A DNA stretch of 64,000 bases from positions 8,506-72,505 of the forward strand of contig JALSGV010000044.1 of NCBI GenBank assembly GCA_026982565.1. Direction: 5' to 3'. The stretch comes from Gammaproteobacteria bacterium (GTDB lineage: Bacteria; Pseudomonadota; Gammaproteobacteria; SZUA-140). Below are positions 31,225 to 40,447 of this stretch, piece by piece. The position numbers and the translations under genes are program-made. Under the pieces are notes generated by a model. That model had not been told where the DNA came from. It ran no database searches and worked only from the letters and a program-made list of their open reading frames with translations. The number at the start of each line of letters is the position of its first letter. Positions within the stretch are counted from its first letter, which is position 1.

Positions 31225-31580
31225 TCACCTTTCTGCAGATGCTCCCGGAAAGTGGATGTCGGTAATGCCCCGGTCCTTGAACACGGCAATCACGCGCTGA
31301 TGCCGGTCCGGTAGGACGGGAAGTTCGTCCTTGATACTGGTGAGCGCGCCGGCCACATCCTCGTCGGCATAGATGGCCAATGCCTCTTTCAGATGGCGCC
31401 CCACGCCGTAGCAGTCCACCACCGGTCCGCAGTGCTTGTTGGGACAGGTCCGATTGACACGGGCGATGGCTTGCAAGAGATCGTGGTCGCGAATGGAGCG
31501 ATCGAGGTATAGCACCTATTCGACCGGCGCATCGAAACCGTGAGCAGCATGCTCTTGGCGATGATAAAGGCCAGGCTGTC
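31225..31580 (-). pseudogene. hsdR: type I restriction HsdR internal fragment
   Basis: SMLL / GFDAPVE*VLYLDRSIRDHDLLQAIARVNR with a frameshift and an in-frame stop. Confidence 0.82.
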
Positions 31581-31586
31581 GGTTCT

Positions 31587-31652
31587 CCCCTCTCCCTCCG
31601 GAGGGAGAAGGGACTAAAACCTTTTGCGACACCCTCCAGGGAGGGGTGAGGG
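31587..31652. repeat. REP/IS-end-like repeat at right island border
   Basis: CCCCTCTCCCTCCGGAGGGAGAAGGG hairpin, then CTTTTGCGACACCCTC (exact reverse complement of 11821-11836) and AGGGGTGAGGG. Confidence 0.8.
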
Positions 31653-31673
31653 GGGATAGAAAAGAAAGGCTGA

Positions 31674-31997
31674 TCAGCTCACTGCGCTGTGGGCGGCCTG
31701 CACCATTTTCTGCAATTCGCCCTGCTGGTAGAGTTCCATGACGATGTCGCAGCCGCCTACCAGTTCGCCATTGATATAGAGCTGGGGAAAGGTGGGCCAG
31801 TTGGCGTACTTGGGGAGGTTGGCGCGGATCTCGGGATCGGCCAGGACGTCCACGTGAACGAAATCCGCGCCGCAGGCCTGCAGGGCCTGGACCACGTGGC
31901 TGGAGAAACCGCACATGGGAAATTGCGGCGATCCCTTCATATAGAGGACGATGGAATGACCTTCGACCTGCTGTTTGATTTTTTCCATCACATCCAT
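31674..31997 (-). CDS. grxD: monothiol glutaredoxin Grx4
   Basis: YMKG, CGFS, WPTFPQLY, GGCD. Confidence 0.97.
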   Translation of the reverse strand: MDVMEKIKQQVEGHSIVLYMKGSPQFPMCGFSSHVVQALQACGADFVHVDVLADPEIRANLPKYANWPTFPQLYINGELVGGCDIVMELYQQGELQKMVQAAHSAVS

Positions 31998-32072
31998 ATC
32001 GTCTGATCCTCACTTTCTGTCGATTGCATATAAACCGCCATGATACGACAAATACCTGACTAATCCAATAGG

Positions 32073-33617
32073 TTATTGGCCTTCGGCTGGGCCCCATCCC
32101 CCGCCGCCAGGCGTCTCGATGCGCAGCCGGTCGCCCGCCTGCACGGTGAAAACCGTCTTGGGGGGCAACTTGCGCCCGTTCAGGGTATCGCTACCCACCT
32201 TGCCCGGGGCCCCACCCCGCAGCCCCCAAGGTGCATGGTAACGCCGTTCCGTAATGAGTGTGACCGTCGCCGGGGCGAGAAATTCATATTCCCGCACCAG
32301 CCCGTCCCCGCCCGCGTGGCGTCCCGCCCCGCCGGAGCCATGGCGGATCCCGTAGCGCCGGATGCGCAAGGGAAAATGCATTTCAGCGCTCTCTATGGGG
32401 GTGTTGAGCGTATTGGTCATGTGGGAATGTATGGCGCCCAGGCCAGCCCGCCGCGCTCCGCCTCCCATGCCGCCGCCCAGGGTCTCGTAATAATCCCAGG
32501 CCTGGCCGTGATCCCCGCCCATGGCAATGTTGTTCATGGTGCCTTGGCTGGCGGCGGGAATACGCCCGGGCATGGCCTGGGCCAATGCCCCCAACACCAC
32601 GTCCACGATGCGCATGCTGGTCTCCACGTTGCCCGCGGCCACCGCGGCGGGGCGGCGCGCATTGACCAGGCTCCCCGCGGGCGCCGTGAGCGTAATGGGC
32701 CGGAAGCTGCCGGCGCAGGCCGGCGTCTGGGAGGGCATGAGACAGCGGAACACGTAATAGACCGCTGCCGCCGCCACCGACAGGGGGCAGTTGATGTTGC
32801 CCGGCGCCTGCGCCGCCGTGCCGCTGAAATCCACGGCCACGTCTTCCCCCTGCTTGGTGATGCATACCTGGATGGGAATGTCCCGGAGCCCGGTACCGTC
32901 GTCATCCATGACATCGGCAAAGGTATAGCGCCCATCGGGAATTCGGGCCAGGCTGCCCCGCGCCAGGCGCTCGCCGTAATCATTGAGGGCGCGCAGGGCC
33001 TGTGCGTATGAAGCGCTTCCCATCCCCTCCACCAATGCCCGCAGGCGCCGCGCCCCGCAGCGGTTGGCGCTGAGCTGGGCCGCATAGTCGCCCCGCGCCT
33101 GCGCCGCGTTGCGGCTGCCCTTTATGATCTCCGCCATCGCCTCCTCATTCACCTGCCCGTCGCGCGCGAGATGGGTGGGGGGAATGACGACGCCCTCCTC
33201 CTCCAGGGTGCGCGAGATGGGCATGGAGCCGGGGGTGGCGGCGCCGATATCGGCGTGATGGGCGCGATTGACCACGAAACCCGCCAACTCTTCCCCTTCC
33301 AGAAACACAGGAGTAATGAGGGTCACATCGGGGAGGTGGGTGCCGCCCAGGTAGGGATCGTTGACGATGACCGTATCCCCGGGCCGCCAGGCCATGCGGC
33401 GCACGATGCCTTCCATGGCATAGGCCATGCTGCCGAGATGAACGGGGATATGGGCGGCCTGGGCGCACAGCCCGCCCGAAGTGTCGAACACGGCGCAGGA
33501 GAAGTCCAGGCGGTCCTTGATATTGGGGGACAAGGCGGCGCGTTGCAGCACCGCGCCCATCTCGTCACAAATGGCGCTGATGCGGCTGGCGAAAAGGCTC
33601 AGTTCAATGGCGTTCAT
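32073..33617 (-). CDS. hydantoinase B / 5-oxoprolinase subunit family protein
   Basis: [42 protein letters not shown]. Confidence 0.92.
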   Translation of the reverse strand: MNAIELSLFASRISAICDEMGAVLQRAALSPNIKDRLDFSCAVFDTSGGLCAQAAHIPVHLGSMAYAMEGIVRRMAWRPGDTVIVNDPYLGGTHLPDVTLITPVFLEGEELAGFVVNRAHHADIGAATPGSMPISRTLEEEGVVIPPTHLARDGQVNEEAMAEIIKGSRNAAQARGDYAAQLSANRCGARRLRALVEGMGSASYAQALRALNDYGERLARGSLARIPDGRYTFADVMDDDGTGLRDIPIQVCITKQGEDVAVDFSGTAAQAPGNINCPLSVAAAAVYYVFRCLMPSQTPACAGSFRPITLTAPAGSLVNARRPAAVAAGNVETSMRIVDVVLGALAQAMPGRIPAASQGTMNNIAMGGDHGQAWDYYETLGGGMGGGARRAGLGAIHSHMTNTLNTPIESAEMHFPLRIRRYGIRHGSGGAGRHAGGDGLVREYEFLAPATVTLITERRYHAPWGLRGGAPGKVGSDTLNGRKLPPKTVFTVQAGDRLRIETPGGGGWGPAEGQ

Positions 33618-33772
33618 GTCCAGGCCATCTTATGGCGTGATCCCGCGCCGCACAAGACGTTGTCAAGTTGAACCGGGGAAGCGGGTGCTATAAACTCTGC
33701 CCCAGCAATTCACTCGGGAATAATGCCGGCGCCTGGCCGGCGTATTCACCTCTCAAGCATATGGAGAAAGCA

Positions 33773-34354
33773 ATGGAACACAAACTACCCGAACTGCCCT
33801 ACAGCAAAGACGCCCTGGAGCCCCATATTTCGGCCGAGACGCTGGAATATCACTACGGCAAGCATCACCAGACCTACGTCACCAATCTGAACAAGCTCAT
33901 TTCCGGCACGGAATTCGAGGACATGAGCCTGGAGGACATCATCAAAAAATCCAGCGGCGGCCTGTTCAACAACGCGGCCCAGGTCTGGAATCACACCTTC
34001 TACTGGAACTGCCTCAGCCCCAACGGGGGCGGCGCGCCCGGCGGTGAGCTGGCCGCGGCCATCGACAAGGCCTTCGGCTCCTTCGAGGAATTCAAGAATC
34101 AGTTCAGCCAGACAGCCATCACCACCTTCGGCTCCGGCTGGGCCTGGCTGGTCAAGAACGCCGACGGCTCCCTGGCCCTGGTCAGCACCAGCAACGCCGG
34201 CTGCCCCCTGACAGCGGACCAGACGCCGCTGCTGACCTGCGACGTATGGGAGCACGCCTACTACATCGACTACCGCAACGCGCGCCCGCAATACGTTGAC
34301 CACTTCTGGAATCTCGTCAACTGGGATTTCGCCGCCGGCAATTTCGCGGGCTGA
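33773..34354 (+). CDS. sodB: superoxide dismutase, probably Fe-type
   Basis: [25 protein letters not shown] at 33773. Confidence 0.95.
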   Translation: MEHKLPELPYSKDALEPHISAETLEYHYGKHHQTYVTNLNKLISGTEFEDMSLEDIIKKSSGGLFNNAAQVWNHTFYWNCLSPNGGGAPGGELAAAIDKAFGSFEEFKNQFSQTAITTFGSGWAWLVKNADGSLALVSTSNAGCPLTADQTPLLTCDVWEHAYYIDYRNARPQYVDHFWNLVNWDFAAGNFAG

Positions 34355-34364
34355 GATTGCAAGA

Positions 34365-34390
34365 CGGCGCCGGCCAGGCGGCCGGCGCCG
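34365..34390. other. GC-rich hairpin after sodB
   Basis: CGGCGCCGGCC-aggc-GGCCGGCGCCG; no U-tract. Confidence 0.5.
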
Positions 34391-34402
34391 CGAGTGGCTT
34401 CC

Positions 34403-35113
34403 ATGGCGCAAACCCGCAAACAGGTTCAGATCAACTATTTCTCTGACGTCCTGTGTGTATGGGCCTATACGGCGCAAATCAGACTGGACCAATTGAAGGC
34501 CCAGTTCGGCGACAGCGTCAGCGTAACCTATCACTACCTGACCATTTTCGGCCATACGCAGTCACGGGTCGTCGAAGGATGGAAAGAGCGGGGTGGCGTC
34601 GAGGCCTATTGCGAACATGTCAGACAGGTCGGAGAAACTTTCGATCACATCCATATTCACCCAGACATATGGAAAACCAACCGTCCCGCCTCTTCCCTGA
34701 GCTGCCACCTGTTTCTCAAGGCCGTGGAACTGCTGGAGCAGAAAGGCCTGATTCCCACCACGCCACAGGCGCACTGCGATGGCAGGACACTCTACGAGGA
34801 AGCGGCCTGGCAGTGCCGCCTGGCCTTTTTTCGCGACCTGAAGGACATTGCGCGCTATGAATGCCAGATGGAGATCGCCGCCACACTGGGCTTGCCATGC
34901 GCCGAAATCGATACCCTGCTGAAAAACGGCGAGGCCTGCGCCGCCCTCAGCGCCGACCTCGAAAGCAAGGAAAAATATGCCGTCAAGGGCAGCCCCACCC
35001 TGATTCTCAATGAAGGCCGCCAGATCCTCTACGGCAACATCGGTTACAAGATCATCGAGGCCAACATCCACGAACTGCTCGAACGGCCCGCGGACCAAGC
35101 CAGCTGGTGTTGA
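34403..35113 (+). CDS. DsbA/FrnE-like thioredoxin-fold protein
   Basis: FSDVLCVWAY and GSPT cis-Pro loop. Confidence 0.8.
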   Translation: MAQTRKQVQINYFSDVLCVWAYTAQIRLDQLKAQFGDSVSVTYHYLTIFGHTQSRVVEGWKERGGVEAYCEHVRQVGETFDHIHIHPDIWKTNRPASSLSCHLFLKAVELLEQKGLIPTTPQAHCDGRTLYEEAAWQCRLAFFRDLKDIARYECQMEIAATLGLPCAEIDTLLKNGEACAALSADLESKEKYAVKGSPTLILNEGRQILYGNIGYKIIEANIHELLERPADQASWC

Positions 35114-35291
35114 TATGATTAACCCGGCACGCTACCCATATACGTAAATTCTCCACTGGCCTGTCACCCCTCGCCCAGAATGGAAGGACCTGCAAAACGC
35201 CTGAATCCTTTGCGAATCCGGAAAAGCGGCTATAATAACCTGTGTTGCAGCCCTGTGCTGCTTTTTGCTTTCAGGACCGCGGAAAATTCTC

Positions 35292-36476
35292 ATGGCAGAC
35301 CACTTGATGACGAACTATGCCCCACTGCCGATCACCTTCACCCGTGGTGAAGGCGCCTGGTTGTGGGACGAGCAGGATAAAATCCACCTCGACGCCTTGA
35401 GCGGCATCGGGGTGTGCGGCCTGGGCCATGCCCACCCTGCGGTAACGGAGGCCATCCGTGAGCAGGCGCAGCGGTTGTTGCACACCAGCAACCTCTACCA
35501 TATCCAGCGCCAGGAACAACTGGCGGAGAAGCTGTGCGGCGTGGCGGACATGGAGAAGGCCTTTTTCTGCAACTCCGGCGCGGAAGCCGTGGAAGCCGCC
35601 ATCAAACTGGCCCGCCTCCATGGACACCAGCGGGGCATTGCACAACCTTCCATCATCGTCATGGAAAACAGTTTTCACGGCCGCACCCTGGCCACCCTCT
35701 CCGCGACGGGCAACCGCAAGGTGCAGGCCGGTTTCGAACCCCTGGTGCAGGGCTTCATCCGCGCTCCTTTTAATGACATCGAGGCCCTCAGGGTGATCGC
35801 CCGGAACGACCCCAACGTGGTGGCTGTGCTCCTCGAACCCATACAGGGGGAAGGCGGTATCATCGTCCCCGACGATGACTACCTGCCGCAGGTGCGCGCC
35901 CTGTGCGACGACCATGGCTGGCTCATGATGCTCGACGAGATCCAGACCGGCATGTGCCGCACCGGCGCCTGGTTCGCCTGCCAGCATGGCAACACCCTTC
36001 CCGATGTCATGTGCCTCGCCAAGGGACTGGGCAACGGCGTACCCATCGGCGCCTGCCTGGCGCGCGGCAAGGCGGCCGAAGCCTTCCAGCCCGGCAACCA
36101 CGGTTCGACCTTCGGCGGCAACCCCCTGGCATGCAGCGCCGCACTGGCCGTCATTACCACTCTGGAGGAACAGGACCTGGCCGCACGCGCTGCCGAACTG
36201 GGTGAGAACATTCGTGAGGGCCTGAAAAATGCCCTGGCTGATTGCAGTATTGTCAGGGAAATTCGTGGCGCAGGCCTGATGATCGGCATCGAACTGCACC
36301 GCCCCTGTACGGATCTGGTCACGTCGGCGGCCGTGGATCACGGTCTGTTGATCAGCGTTCAGGCTGAACGCACCATCAGGCTGCTGCCGCCTCTCATCAT
36401 CAGCGATGACGAGGCCTACCAGCTCATCAATATTACCAGCACCGTTATCCATGACTTTGCTGCAACCACCGACTGA
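35292..36476 (+). CDS. argD: acetylornithine aminotransferase
   Basis: NSGAEA, FHGRT, EPIQGEGG, DEIQTG, AKGLG, HGSTFGGNP; upstream of argF. Confidence 0.93.
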   Translation: MADHLMTNYAPLPITFTRGEGAWLWDEQDKIHLDALSGIGVCGLGHAHPAVTEAIREQAQRLLHTSNLYHIQRQEQLAEKLCGVADMEKAFFCNSGAEAVEAAIKLARLHGHQRGIAQPSIIVMENSFHGRTLATLSATGNRKVQAGFEPLVQGFIRAPFNDIEALRVIARNDPNVVAVLLEPIQGEGGIIVPDDDYLPQVRALCDDHGWLMMLDEIQTGMCRTGAWFACQHGNTLPDVMCLAKGLGNGVPIGACLARGKAAEAFQPGNHGSTFGGNPLACSAALAVITTLEEQDLAARAAELGENIREGLKNALADCSIVREIRGAGLMIGIELHRPCTDLVTSAAVDHGLLISVQAERTIRLLPPLIISDDEAYQLINITSTVIHDFAATTD

Positions 36477-36512
36477 GTTCCTGTCAGCGAGAATAAATTC
36501 TGAAACAGTTTT

Positions 36513-37418
36513 ATGAAGCAGCCTCGTCATTTCTTGTCTTTGCTGGATATTTCAGGCGAAGAATTCCGCAACCTGATCACGCGCGCCATTGAACTCAAGG
36601 CCATGGTGCGCGCCGGCACCATTTACGAGCCCCTGAAGAACAAAACCCTGGCCATGGTGTTCGAGAAATCATCCACACGCACGCGCGTCTCATTCGAAAC
36701 AGGCATGGTGCAATTCGGTGGCAGCGCCATTTTTCTCTCGCCGCGGGATACCCAGCTTGGTCGAGGCGAACCCGTGGAGGACTCGGCCCGCGTGCTGTCG
36801 CGCATGGTGGATGTCATCATGGTGCGGACCTACGCCCATGAAACCCTGGAACTGTTCGCCACGCATTCACGCGTCCCGGTGATCAACGGCCTGTCGGACC
36901 TGTTTCACCCCTGCCAATTGCTGGCGGACATGCAGACCTATTTTGAACACCGCGGCGATATAGGAGGCAAGACCGTGGCCTGGATCGGCGACGGGAACAA
37001 CATGTGCCATTCCTATATCAACGCCGCGCACCTGCTGGGTTTCAAGCTGCGCATCGCTTCACCAGCCGGCTACCAGCCCCGCCCGCATCTCATCCAGGCA
37101 AAACAGGCCGGCATCGAGCTGTTCGAGGATCCCGCGGAAGCAGCCCGGAATGCCGACCTCGTGGTCACCGATGTGTGGGCCAGCATGGGACAGGAAGATG
37201 AAAACCATCAGCGCAGCCTGGCATTCCGGAATTATCAGGTCGACAGCCGGCTGATGGCGCTGGCCGCCCCGAATGCGGTCTTCATGCATTGCCTGCCCGC
37301 CCACCGCGGCGAGGAAGTCTCCGCCGATGTCATCGATGGCAGCCAGAGCGTGGTGTGGGACGAGGCCGAGAACCGCCTGCACGCCCAAAAGGCCCTGCTG
37401 GAGTTCCTCCTTACCTGA
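36513..37418 (+). CDS. argF: ornithine carbamoyltransferase
   Basis: SSTRTR, HPCQ, HCLP. Confidence 0.97.
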   Translation: MKQPRHFLSLLDISGEEFRNLITRAIELKAMVRAGTIYEPLKNKTLAMVFEKSSTRTRVSFETGMVQFGGSAIFLSPRDTQLGRGEPVEDSARVLSRMVDVIMVRTYAHETLELFATHSRVPVINGLSDLFHPCQLLADMQTYFEHRGDIGGKTVAWIGDGNNMCHSYINAAHLLGFKLRIASPAGYQPRPHLIQAKQAGIELFEDPAEAARNADLVVTDVWASMGQEDENHQRSLAFRNYQVDSRLMALAAPNAVFMHCLPAHRGEEVSADVIDGSQSVVWDEAENRLHAQKALLEFLLT

Positions 37419-37427
37419 CGGATAACC

Positions 37428-38474
37428 ATGGAAACGCTTCTCGACATCAAGGATATCGAGTGCCGGTATCACCGCCAGACGGTCGTCGATGGACTCACCT
37501 TCCATGTCAACAAGGGCAACATCGCCTGCCTGCTGGGTCCCAGCGGTTGTGGCAAGACTACGGTATTGCGCGCCATCGCCGGCTTCGAGCCCCTATTGAG
37601 GGGAGAGATACGCCTGGACAACCGCTCCCTGTCCCGCCCGGGGTATCTACTCCCCCCCCACAAACGCCGTCTGGGCATGGTGTTCCAGGACTACGCGCTC
37701 TTTCCCCACATGGACGTCAATGGAAATGTCTGCTTCGGCATCCGCGGCAAGTCTTCCAGCGAGAAACAGGCCATTGCCGCCCAATTACTGGAGACCGTTG
37801 GCATGGCGCAATTTGACAAGCGTTATCCCCACGAGCTCTCGGGTGGACAACAACAGCGTGTGGCGCTGGCCCGCGCGCTGGCCGCCCAACCCGTCCTGCT
37901 CCTGCTGGACGAACCCTTTTCCAACCTTGATATCGATTTGCGCGAACGCCTGGGAATTGAAATCCGCGACTTGCTCAAGGCGCGCGGCATCACCACCCTG
38001 TTGGTCACCCATGACCAACATGAGGCCTTTGCCCTGGGGGACCAGGTGGGAATCATGAACGAGGGACGTATCCTGCAGTGGGACACCCCCTTCAACATCT
38101 ACCACGAGCCCGCCAACCGCTTCATTGCGGACTTCATCGGGCAGGGCGTATTCCTCAAGGGCACACTCATCACATCCGATTCGGTGCAAACGGAAATCGG
38201 TATTATTCAGGGTGACCGCGCCTACCCTTGGCCACCAGGAAGTGAAGTGGACATCCTGCTGCGCCCCGACGATATCGTCCCCGACCCGCAGAGCAGCCTG
38301 CGCGGAGAAATCGTCCAGAAGGCGTTCAAGGGCGCGGAGATCCTCTATACCCTCAAGCTCTCAACGGGCAACAAGATACTTTCCCTGTTTCCCAGTCATT
38401 ATCACCACACCATTGGAGAAACCGTGGGCATCCGCATCGCGGCGGATCATCTGGTGGCGTTTCCCCTTGAATAA
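37428..38474 (+). CDS. ABC transporter ATP-binding protein (FbpC/PotA-like)
   Basis: GPSGCGKT, FQDYALFPH, LSGGQQQR, C-terminal TOBE-like region. Confidence 0.9.
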   Translation: METLLDIKDIECRYHRQTVVDGLTFHVNKGNIACLLGPSGCGKTTVLRAIAGFEPLLRGEIRLDNRSLSRPGYLLPPHKRRLGMVFQDYALFPHMDVNGNVCFGIRGKSSSEKQAIAAQLLETVGMAQFDKRYPHELSGGQQQRVALARALAAQPVLLLLDEPFSNLDIDLRERLGIEIRDLLKARGITTLLVTHDQHEAFALGDQVGIMNEGRILQWDTPFNIYHEPANRFIADFIGQGVFLKGTLITSDSVQTEIGIIQGDRAYPWPPGSEVDILLRPDDIVPDPQSSLRGEIVQKAFKGAEILYTLKLSTGNKILSLFPSHYHHTIGETVGIRIAADHLVAFPLE

Positions 38475-38477
38475 ACG

Positions 38478-38513
38478 AACAACGGCCAGCCTGGGTCCAG
38501 ACTGGCCGTTGTT
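38478..38513. terminator. hairpin between convergent genes, possible bidirectional terminator
   Basis: AACAACGGCCAG...CTGGCCGTTGTT. Confidence 0.6.
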
Positions 38514-38531
38514 GTGGTGATGCCGTGTCAA

Positions 38532-39173
38532 TCAGGGAAGTTGCGCAGCGAGATATTCAGACACGGCCTTGATTTCATCGTCCTTGAGGCGCTTGGCGAT
38601 ATCCGCCATCATACCCCCCGGATCATTGGCGCGCAGTCCCGATTTGAAGTCCTTGAGCTGCTTGATGAGATAGTCACGGTGCTGCCCGCCGATCACGGGA
38701 AACTGGGAGATTGTCTTGGACCTACCCTTGCCTTTGGGGCCGTGGCAGTTGATACACCCATAGACACCGTTCACGGGAATGCCTTCCTTGAAGATTTTCT
38801 CGCCTTTGCTTGCCAGCTTCTTGTTGATGGGTTCCAGGGGTTTCTTGGCCATTTTCTGCTTGGCGAAGTAGCTGGCGATATCCTTGGCGTCCTGCACACT
38901 GGCCACGGTGGCCGCCATGCCCGCCATGGTGTCATTGTTGGCGCGGATCCCTTTCTGAAAGTCACGGATCTGTTTTACGATGTATGCTTCATATTGCCCA
39001 GCCAGACGCGGAAAATCGGCGGTCGCGCTGTTACCATCCCCCCCATGACAACCGGCGCACAGCGCCGATTTCGCCTCACCTGCGGCCGGATCCCCACCAG
39101 CAGCCTGGGTATTGCTGATAACAAAGACAGACCCCACCAGAACTGCTGTCAAAACAGATAATTTCTTGATCAT
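38532..39173 (-). CDS. diheme cytochrome c4
   Basis: Signal peptide, CAGCH and CINCH. Confidence 0.92.
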   Translation of the reverse strand: MIKKLSVLTAVLVGSVFVISNTQAAGGDPAAGEAKSALCAGCHGGDGNSATADFPRLAGQYEAYIVKQIRDFQKGIRANNDTMAGMAATVASVQDAKDIASYFAKQKMAKKPLEPINKKLASKGEKIFKEGIPVNGVYGCINCHGPKGKGRSKTISQFPVIGGQHRDYLIKQLKDFKSGLRANDPGGMMADIAKRLKDDEIKAVSEYLAAQLP

Positions 39174-39368
39174 AGATGCACCCTTTTATATTTGTTCTCT
39201 GCTATAGTTGGCGGGACATCCCACCCTGATTGTCATTGCAACCACAAGCGGTCCTATTTTAAGCTCATATCACGCTGACAATCAATCATCGATGATCCCG
39301 GGACAATAGCACCCGGCGCCCTGGCGATCAAGGACCCCCTGTAATTAACTCCTGATTATTCATACAGT

Positions 39369-40436
39369 TTATGCTGTTTCCCGCCGCCTTTTCCTATAAT
39401 TCACGACAGCGTTATGAAAGAAGGCAATGAACAGGGCGGCAATGAGGCCGACGAGGAACCCCAGAACGACGATCAGAGGACGCTGAGGCTTGACAGGCTC
39501 CTGAGGCGCCACGGCGGGATCCACCACCTTGAAGGCATATTCGTCCTGTACATTGGCCAGCATGATCTGCTTGGTCTCCGCCTCGATGAGGCGGTAGATG
39601 GCCTGTTGCACTTCCACGGAACTGGTCTTAGTCAGTTGCTTCTCCAGATAGCTGATACTCGTCCTTGCTTCCTCGATGGCCTGGCTGCTGAGCAGCTTGT
39701 TGACCCGCAGGACAAGGCTGTTGGCCCATTCCGCGGCAAGCTCTGGATCCCGCCATTCAATTGCCAACGTCAACAAGCCGGTTGAACGGTCCAGATCGAT
39801 AAACCGGATCTCATGATCGAAAAGGTTGAAGGCATCCCACAGGGTTGGCGCATCACCCTCGAAAAAGCCCAGACTGCCTTTCCCACCCTCACTGCCGCCG
39901 CCCTCTGCTTCGGGGAACAGAACGGGCATCAGATTCTCATCCTCGATAAAAGACGTGGTCAATGAACGTGAACCCAAGGTCGCAATGTGGCGGGCAATCT
40001 GCTTGCCACCTGCCCCCATGGAAATTCCGCTGCGGGCGAGGATGTCTCCAAACTGACTGGAATTGAAAGCAGACAACTTGCTGTCATCCTCCTCGAGGGA
40101 GACGGGAGCCAACAATACCTCGGCACGGTAGACTGGCGTCATCAGAAAGGCCGCGGCCAGCGCCAACAGTGTGCTTGCCAAGGTAAGCAGAAGAATGAGT
40201 TTCTTGTACCCGAGCATCACCTGACAGTATTCGAAGAGATCGATCTCGTCCTCGGGATAATAGGGATAAACAGGGGGCATAGGCGCCTGATAGGGCGCAC
40301 GGAACTCAGGGGGCTGCGCCTTCTCCCCTGGCTCAGGTCCCCCGGGATCCTCATGGGAAGGCTGATTGTCCTGCCGGGCCTTCTCGGCATCCCGCAGGCG
40401 GGCCTCCCCGACCTTATACAATGAGCGTTTCACCAC
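39369..40436 (-). CDS. Wzz/GNVR polysaccharide chain-length determinant
   Basis: EDEIDL, two TM helices, VVDPAVAP..P..P. Confidence 0.88.
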   Translation of the reverse strand: MVKRSLYKVGEARLRDAEKARQDNQPSHEDPGGPEPGEKAQPPEFRAPYQAPMPPVYPYYPEDEIDLFEYCQVMLGYKKLILLLTLASTLLALAAAFLMTPVYRAEVLLAPVSLEEDDSKLSAFNSSQFGDILARSGISMGAGGKQIARHIATLGSRSLTTSFIEDENLMPVLFPEAEGGGSEGGKGSLGFFEGDAPTLWDAFNLFDHEIRFIDLDRSTGLLTLAIEWRDPELAAEWANSLVLRVNKLLSSQAIEEARTSISYLEKQLTKTSSVEVQQAIYRLIEAETKQIMLANVQDEYAFKVVDPAVAPQEPVKPQRPLIVVLGFLVGLIAALFIAFFHNAVVNYRKRRRETA

Positions 40437-40447
40437 GGTTTTCCCTG

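Noticed and set aside
11800..31700. Prophage or integrase/tRNA-anchored island
   Set aside because: No integrase, tRNA or structural genes seen; the Gp37/Gp68 label of DUF5131 alone is not phage evidence
36485..36512. ARG box before argF
   Set aside because: AT-rich but a poor match and not in tandem
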